DNA of 57,001 bases, counting the filler, from Sluysia triapertura (lineage: Eukaryota), in the NCBI GenBank assembly GCA_046118255.1. It is 4 parts of 4 records of this genome, joined end to end, with 100 filler letters (N's around TTAATTAATTAA, not from the genome) between each part and the next. Parts side by side here need not be neighbours in the genome. Positions count along the whole stretch, not along the records: positions 41,542 to 57,001 come from JBJNIA010227680.1; 3 more parts are not named here. One strand, written 5' to 3'. Below the pieces are notes generated by a model. The model saw only the letters and a program-made list of their open reading frames with translations. It was not told the DNA's origin and did not search any database. Positions 51,071-57,001 of the stretch are shown here, one piece after another (within the stretch, counting starts at the first letter, position 1; every line of letters starts with the position of its first letter). Made by a program: the position numbers and the translations under genes.

Positions 51071-54000
51071 AAAATATTATTAATGACTTTCTGAAAATGT
51101 GTGATATAAATTTTTAATAACATTTGTTAAGGTAATATGTTGGCCACTACAAGTACGTCGACTGTACCGTCTTTAAACAATAAAACACAAAGACTACTTA
51201 AAATTTTAAATTTGAAATCACGTGAATTAAACACTAAAAAAGTACATGTTTATGAAGTCTTGAAAAAAAAGACTTGTATATTTATGCAACAAACTTTTGA
51301 GCGGTTAGTGAGGTCAGTTAGAGGATACTATATGGTTATGTTTTATTTAGAATCGTTTAAGTTATCAAGCTTTAGATAGTAACTAGCTTATGTGTAAGAC
51401 AGGTGGACTGCTCGGAGAATATATTGGAACCTGTATGCCGTATTGCGCGAGACGTTTGCGATTTCCGCGGCATGACTTTTCAAATTTAACATGGTCTTTT
51501 ATATTATAAAATTGACATTGTTTGTTATTTTATCTATCATTTTCGTTCTATTACTGTTATTTTTACAATTTGCATAATATCTGGAGATTTTTTATATTTT
51601 CCGTATTCAGTTTATATTATCAAGGACCTTAGGTCCACCTTTGTAAAGATAAATATCTTAATACTTTTTAAGTTTAATAATCCTTATTTTGAATTAATGT
51701 TTTGTATCATAATTTATGAAGTACTAAACAATAAACAATTAAATAATAAACCATTAAACATTATAATATTAAATCCTATCATCACAACATTAAATTTGCC
51801 ATGTAAATGTCAAAATTATTATTGTCGGATTGTCAAAGAATGTTGCAGTGATTTGCTTAAGAAAATGTTTAATCAAAAATTTGGGAATGATTGGATGATG
51901 AGAAAATATAAAAAGAAATACCAAAAAATTTTTACCTAATACAACATCGCAACAGTAACAACAACAATTGATAATGTAAATGAGAAGATCCATGCCTTAA
52001 GTAATTTTGAATTTATTTTATAATTAAAAATAATAGTATTTTTGGATGATTTTTAAATAGTTTTTGTTCTTGTACCTTGCTGGAAAATTTATATTTGATA
52101 ATCGTAAATAATAGTTAATATTTTTCTTAACTCTTTTGATAGATTGTTATATCCTTGAGAATATTATAAACGTGATTGTTAATCTCGTCATTTTGATCAT
52201 TTTAGTACTGCTTAATAGGGATTTATAATAATACTAATTTGTAGTTGATTTTTATTTAACCAGTAAATTGTTGTGTTGTTTCCAAGAGCTTAATTTTGGG
52301 GTGAATAATTATTGATATTAAATAAGAGAATTATTGAAAATTTATATTTGATCTAGGAAATACTTAAATAATTGAGATTCTTTTTAAGCTAATATTGATT
52401 TATAGTAATTGATAATTTGTAAAAACGCAACAAAAGCACCAAATGACGAATACAAATTAAGAAACAGAACTGTAAAAAGTCAATATTAAAAGTTAAAACA
52501 CAAATAAAGGATCGTGATAAGCCGCCTTCAGTTCAATGATTAGTTAACAAACAAATAATAATTATGTTAAATGTTCCAACTGCAACACATTTTTCAAAAT
52601 ACGCGTTTCAATAGTAGATGGATTCGAGCTGTTATCCACACAGGAGCTTATGTTTATGGATCCTCAGCAAACAACAATTTATAATGTGGAACGAACACCA
52701 ATACATACGAACGGTATAATAATCTATGGACATTTAGATATATTGAATAAAATGTATATTTACGTTTGATTTAATAATTGGTTTGGATATAATTGATAAA
52801 TTAGACGATATAGTCACACATAATATGGTTTTATAAAATTTCCACAAGGCTCACAAATGTTAATTCCACAAGTTGTTGTTCCGCATAACGGCGATAAAAT
52901 TACTTTATATGAAACTCCGATTCATGTTCCGACACCTAGTCCAGTACTACCACCTTGTCAATTAAAATTTAGCGACGGAAGAGCAATAGAAAAGTACAAA
53001 ACAATCCGAATTAAATGAAAACCTCCATATGATTTATCAAGTCATTTTTCAATTTAATATTTTGAGCAATTAAACTTGTTTTATCTTTCACAAAAATGAC
53101 TTTTTTGTTGCTTTTCATCAAAATTTCATCAATATACATTAAATAACCATTAGATGCATTAATTAAAGATTTATTTTCTAACATATTTTTCAGTAATTGC
53201 AATGATACATTAAATTTCCATTAAATATTTTTGTAATAAATTAAAAATCCATTAAATATTTGAATTTGTTCTCATTAATGGATTTTATATTATTATTTTT
53301 ATTCAAAATATTATTATTATTATTTCTTTTTAATTAAAATTTTAAACGCAGCCAAACAGAGTTTTCTGGTTTTGAATAATTTTCGTGGTTATTCTTTTTA
53401 ACAATAGTGTTAAATTTTCTGGTGATAAAATAAACTTGTAACGAAAAGAAAAATTAGACATAATAAAGTTTACGGCTAATTTTAACACAGAATTAAAATT
53501 CCCAAACAACAAAAGAGGCTTTAATTGATCTATTTAAACACTTTTAAATGTAGCAAAATCCGATTTAAATACATTTAATATTTATGTTAGCTTAAGCTCA
53601 TAATAAAACCAGATTAAAGTCAATAAAAAAGATGCAATAGAAGTATTAGAAAAGTCAGGTCTTCTANNNNNNNNNNNNNNNNNNNNNNNNNNNNNNNNNN
53701 NNNNNNNNNNNNNNNNNNNNNNNNNNNNNNNNNNNNNNNNNNNNNNNNNNNNNNNNNNNNNNNNNNNNNNNNNNNNNNNNNNNNNNNNNNNNNNNNNNNN
53801 NNNNNNNNNNNNNNNNTGCAAATCAAATTATCAGATTCTCATAATAAGTAAGTTAGATAAGTCCTAATAATTTAATATTCAAGTTTGGTTGAATTCAATA
53901 TAAAGGAAGTAGAACAAATTTTTTAGAAAATCCTGACGTAATTAATGAAAAAGAATATTTTGAACTGATTAAAAAGAAATGTTAAATATTGATAAATATG

Positions 54001-55549
54001 TTATTAGACAACAGAATAAAGTGACTATTGAAATTAAAGGAAATTTCTAAAGATACGTCGCCCGTAATTCCAATGTACATAATAGACTGCAGTCGAACCC
54101 TATACTCATTACTCAAAAATAAATCAAGGATATTAAAAAATACTTGCAAACTTATTATAGATTTATGATGTGATATTTACATAGTGAAACTAGGTGTTAC
54201 GAGTTGATCCACCACAACTTCAGGTTATTATAATAGATTTTTTTCTAGATTTTATTCTTTGTCTTAAACAAAGGAACTTAATAATATAAACTTACGAGAT
54301 TTTATAGTAATTTAAGTATGTCGAAGCGACCGAGTTTCACCTTGAATGTGTTGAAAGAATATGCATTTACTTAAATTTATTAGCAATCCGAGGTTACTTA
54401 TACCTATTCACGTTAACTTCTAGTGTAAGGTACATTTTTGTGCTGAGGATATTTTCTCTTTACAGTTAATTCATTTTCCTATCTCCTAAAAATTATCTTC
54501 AAGTTCAAATTTATTTAATATAATAAAAAATAAGTTTTTCCTGAAGAACGTACAAATTCTTTAGGTTATATGTTGAATAAAAATAAAGATATATTCACAC
54601 TTTGGATTTATAATGGAAAATTTTCTTATTTATCTTTGTAACTTAGTTTAGTTTAATTTATAATCTCAATCTCAATTCTTATCTATATAGGCCGAGGGTA
54701 CACTTATGAATTAATTTTCTTATTGTCTGATAGGGTCTTCTAATATTTTAATATTAAATTCGTTAAAATCACTTTATATTAAAATATTTTTCTCCTAAAT
54801 TTATGTTTCCCTTTTATTAACAAGACCTATTTTATGTTTATAATTACGTAACGAGAATAAAATAGCTTTTCTATCTATAAAAAAATTCGTCTCACTTCTA
54901 AATAAAATAGTCAACCCTTTTATAATAAAATTTATCTTCGATTTATCTTAATATTTGATATAGTTCTTTACGAATGTGCTGGATCAACGTTAACAAATCT
55001 GACTTTTTATTTCCAATAAATCTTTTACAAATCTCTTACAAACATTTTACAAATTTTAGGAAAATGTTCTTATCGTTAATGTTTGTGGAATATTTTATGT
55101 TTTTATTATACTTAATAAAATTATAAAATTGTAATTTTTCTTTAACACTAAAAACTTTAAGAAGAAATTTAACAAAAATTTTATTTATTTGTTTAAAAAG
55201 TTTAATAATTAAATTAACAAAGACTTTAAGCTTAATGCCTTTAACAAAGATTAACAAATTTATAACAAACAAATTAACCCAACTAAGAAATATTTTTTAA
55301 TTAAATAACAAAAGAAACAAAATGAAAATATAAAATATAAACGTAAGTAAAAAGGTATTATGACATATTGATGCCTACATAATATAATTTCAGCAATTTT
55401 AATATGAAGTAAATACACCTTTTCCATAACACATCCAATAGCAAACTCATAAGTAATAGGGTTATGTAGAGGAATTGAAAAGGAAACGTACATTATATCT
55501 GATGATGAAGGTTTTCTCTTTTTTGGTAAGATATTAATGTTGTGCTGGT

Positions 55550-56200
55550 ATTTTCTACGAAAGATTTAATTTAACCTAGCAAAAATATCTAGAGGTCAGC
55601 TCGCCTAATAAACACGTCGTATACCTATGAATATGGCGTCCTATTAGGATTTTCTCTAAATTAATCTCGTCATTGTTTAACTGAAAATAGTTATATCGTT
55701 TTAAGTACCTAATTCAATTAATTAAGAAATTACACTCAGTGTGATTTAGCAAATATAGATTAAGTTAGCCCTTTTACGGTCTAGCAAATGATATATTTTA
55801 AAGGCTATATGTGTTATTATTCAATTACAAAATAGAGGAGATTAAAATCCGTATTCACTTAAAGTATGATAGACAAATTGTAAATCGAACACAAATCAAA
55901 AAATATAATATTGATAGTATTTTAAATTGTACTTAAAGAATATTAACAAATCTTTAGTACTGAAGATTTTTAAAATTACAAATTAATCTAGCCGCTAAGG
56001 TTTAGAATGATTATTGTTAGTTTACTTTTGATATTAAGTATTCCTAATTAACATACGGACAAAAAACTTAATAAAAATGACCTTAATTTCAATGACCTGA
56101 TTGAATCGAGAATTTTCCTTGCTGATTATATTGTAAAATATTTTTGCAATATTTTCGGAAATTCAATACATATACTGAAATTTTGGCCACCATATTGCTT
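55550..56200 (+). mobile_element. Decayed Ty3/gypsy-like pol remnant
   Basis: CTATTAGGATTT, GGTCTAGCAAAT (GLAN) and GAGAATTTTCCTT segments occur in the same order as their counterparts in 14130-14800. Confidence 0.4.
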
Positions 56201-56925
56201 GTTTACAACCTATTCAAATTTGATTTAGTAAAACACAAGAAATTAAATTCATTTAAAAGTAATTTAATTTATACAAATTAAAAATTTGATAATAATTAAA
56301 ATTAAATTTTTTTAAAATAACAAAATAAAACAATTGAAGTAAAACCATTAAAAATAAAAATTTATAAACAATTAAAAATATATGTTAATATACTTCAACA
56401 AATACTTTAATGTTCACTACGTTCACAAAATTGCATTATTTGAATAACTAAACTCCGTTTTATAATTAATGTAAAAACTAATTATGAAATATTTCCATGC
56501 TGATTTCAGTATCATATTTTTTATTATTACCTTTTAACTAGTGAATAAATTTATTTACATAAATGTCTATTTATTTAGATCATTCATGAACATGCAATTT
56601 TAATTAAAAATGAAGTAATGTCAATAAAATGATAAAATGGGATATCTATGCAGTTATTTCAATCAAAGAACAAAAATAATCTAATGGACTTTAATGATGT
56701 TATGTACATGTGAAGTGATTCTTGAGTGTACTAGTTTTCCATATTATTAATCTTTAACAGTTATGAATATAGTTCTTTTATTATCAACTTGTTTCAAAAT
56801 TTGAGGTGACAACATACATTTTTACCTTTCCCTTTAAACAATTTAACTTCATATGACATTTAACAAAATCAATAAATTATTTAATAAATTAACCAATTTA
56901 TTTCGACTTTTGTTATTAAAACCAA

Positions 56926-56993
<68 letters not shown>

Positions 56994-57001
56994 TAATAAT
57001 A
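56926..57001 (+). repeat. (AAT)n microsatellite running to the window end
   Basis: Direct reading. Confidence 0.95.

Noticed and set aside
51400-51641. Possible MITE with AGGTGGAC/GTCCACCT ends
   Set aside because: The TIR is only 8 bp and there is no convincing TSD.
1-57001. CRISPR array, rRNA or prokaryotic operon
   Set aside because: No regularly spaced repeat-spacer arrays or rRNA motifs were seen, and the window is clearly spliceosomal eukaryotic DNA.

Overview
A very AT-rich eukaryotic genomic window. The intron sizes and the EFTUD2 sequence look flatworm-like, but that taxon call is inference. Two intact genes are present. The first is an 8-exon EFTUD2/Snu114 (1934-10568, +, 992 aa by my splice reconstruction), with four 33-34 nt introns followed by progressively larger ones. 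The second is a single uninterrupted 1170-aa ORF (43867-47379, -) that joins a peripherin/RDS-type tetraspanin to a DC-STAMP/DCST (sneaky/SPE-42-like) protein with a C-terminal C4C4 RING-like finger; this is the most striking item. The rest is mostly decayed mobile DNA: a NeSL/R5-like non-LTR retrotransposon with a Ulp1-like protease, mariner and Tc1/IS630 fragments, a FLYWCH fragment, gypsy and L2/CR1 remnants, and two hAT-type MITEs. A short (about 150 bp) TG...CA element with 4-bp target duplications carries an internal tRNA-like Pol III cassette. There is also a decayed CCAP/NPS-type GPCR, two disrupted CCCH zinc-finger ORFs, AAT microsatellites and artificial scaffold linkers. All calls come from manual reading; no searches were run.
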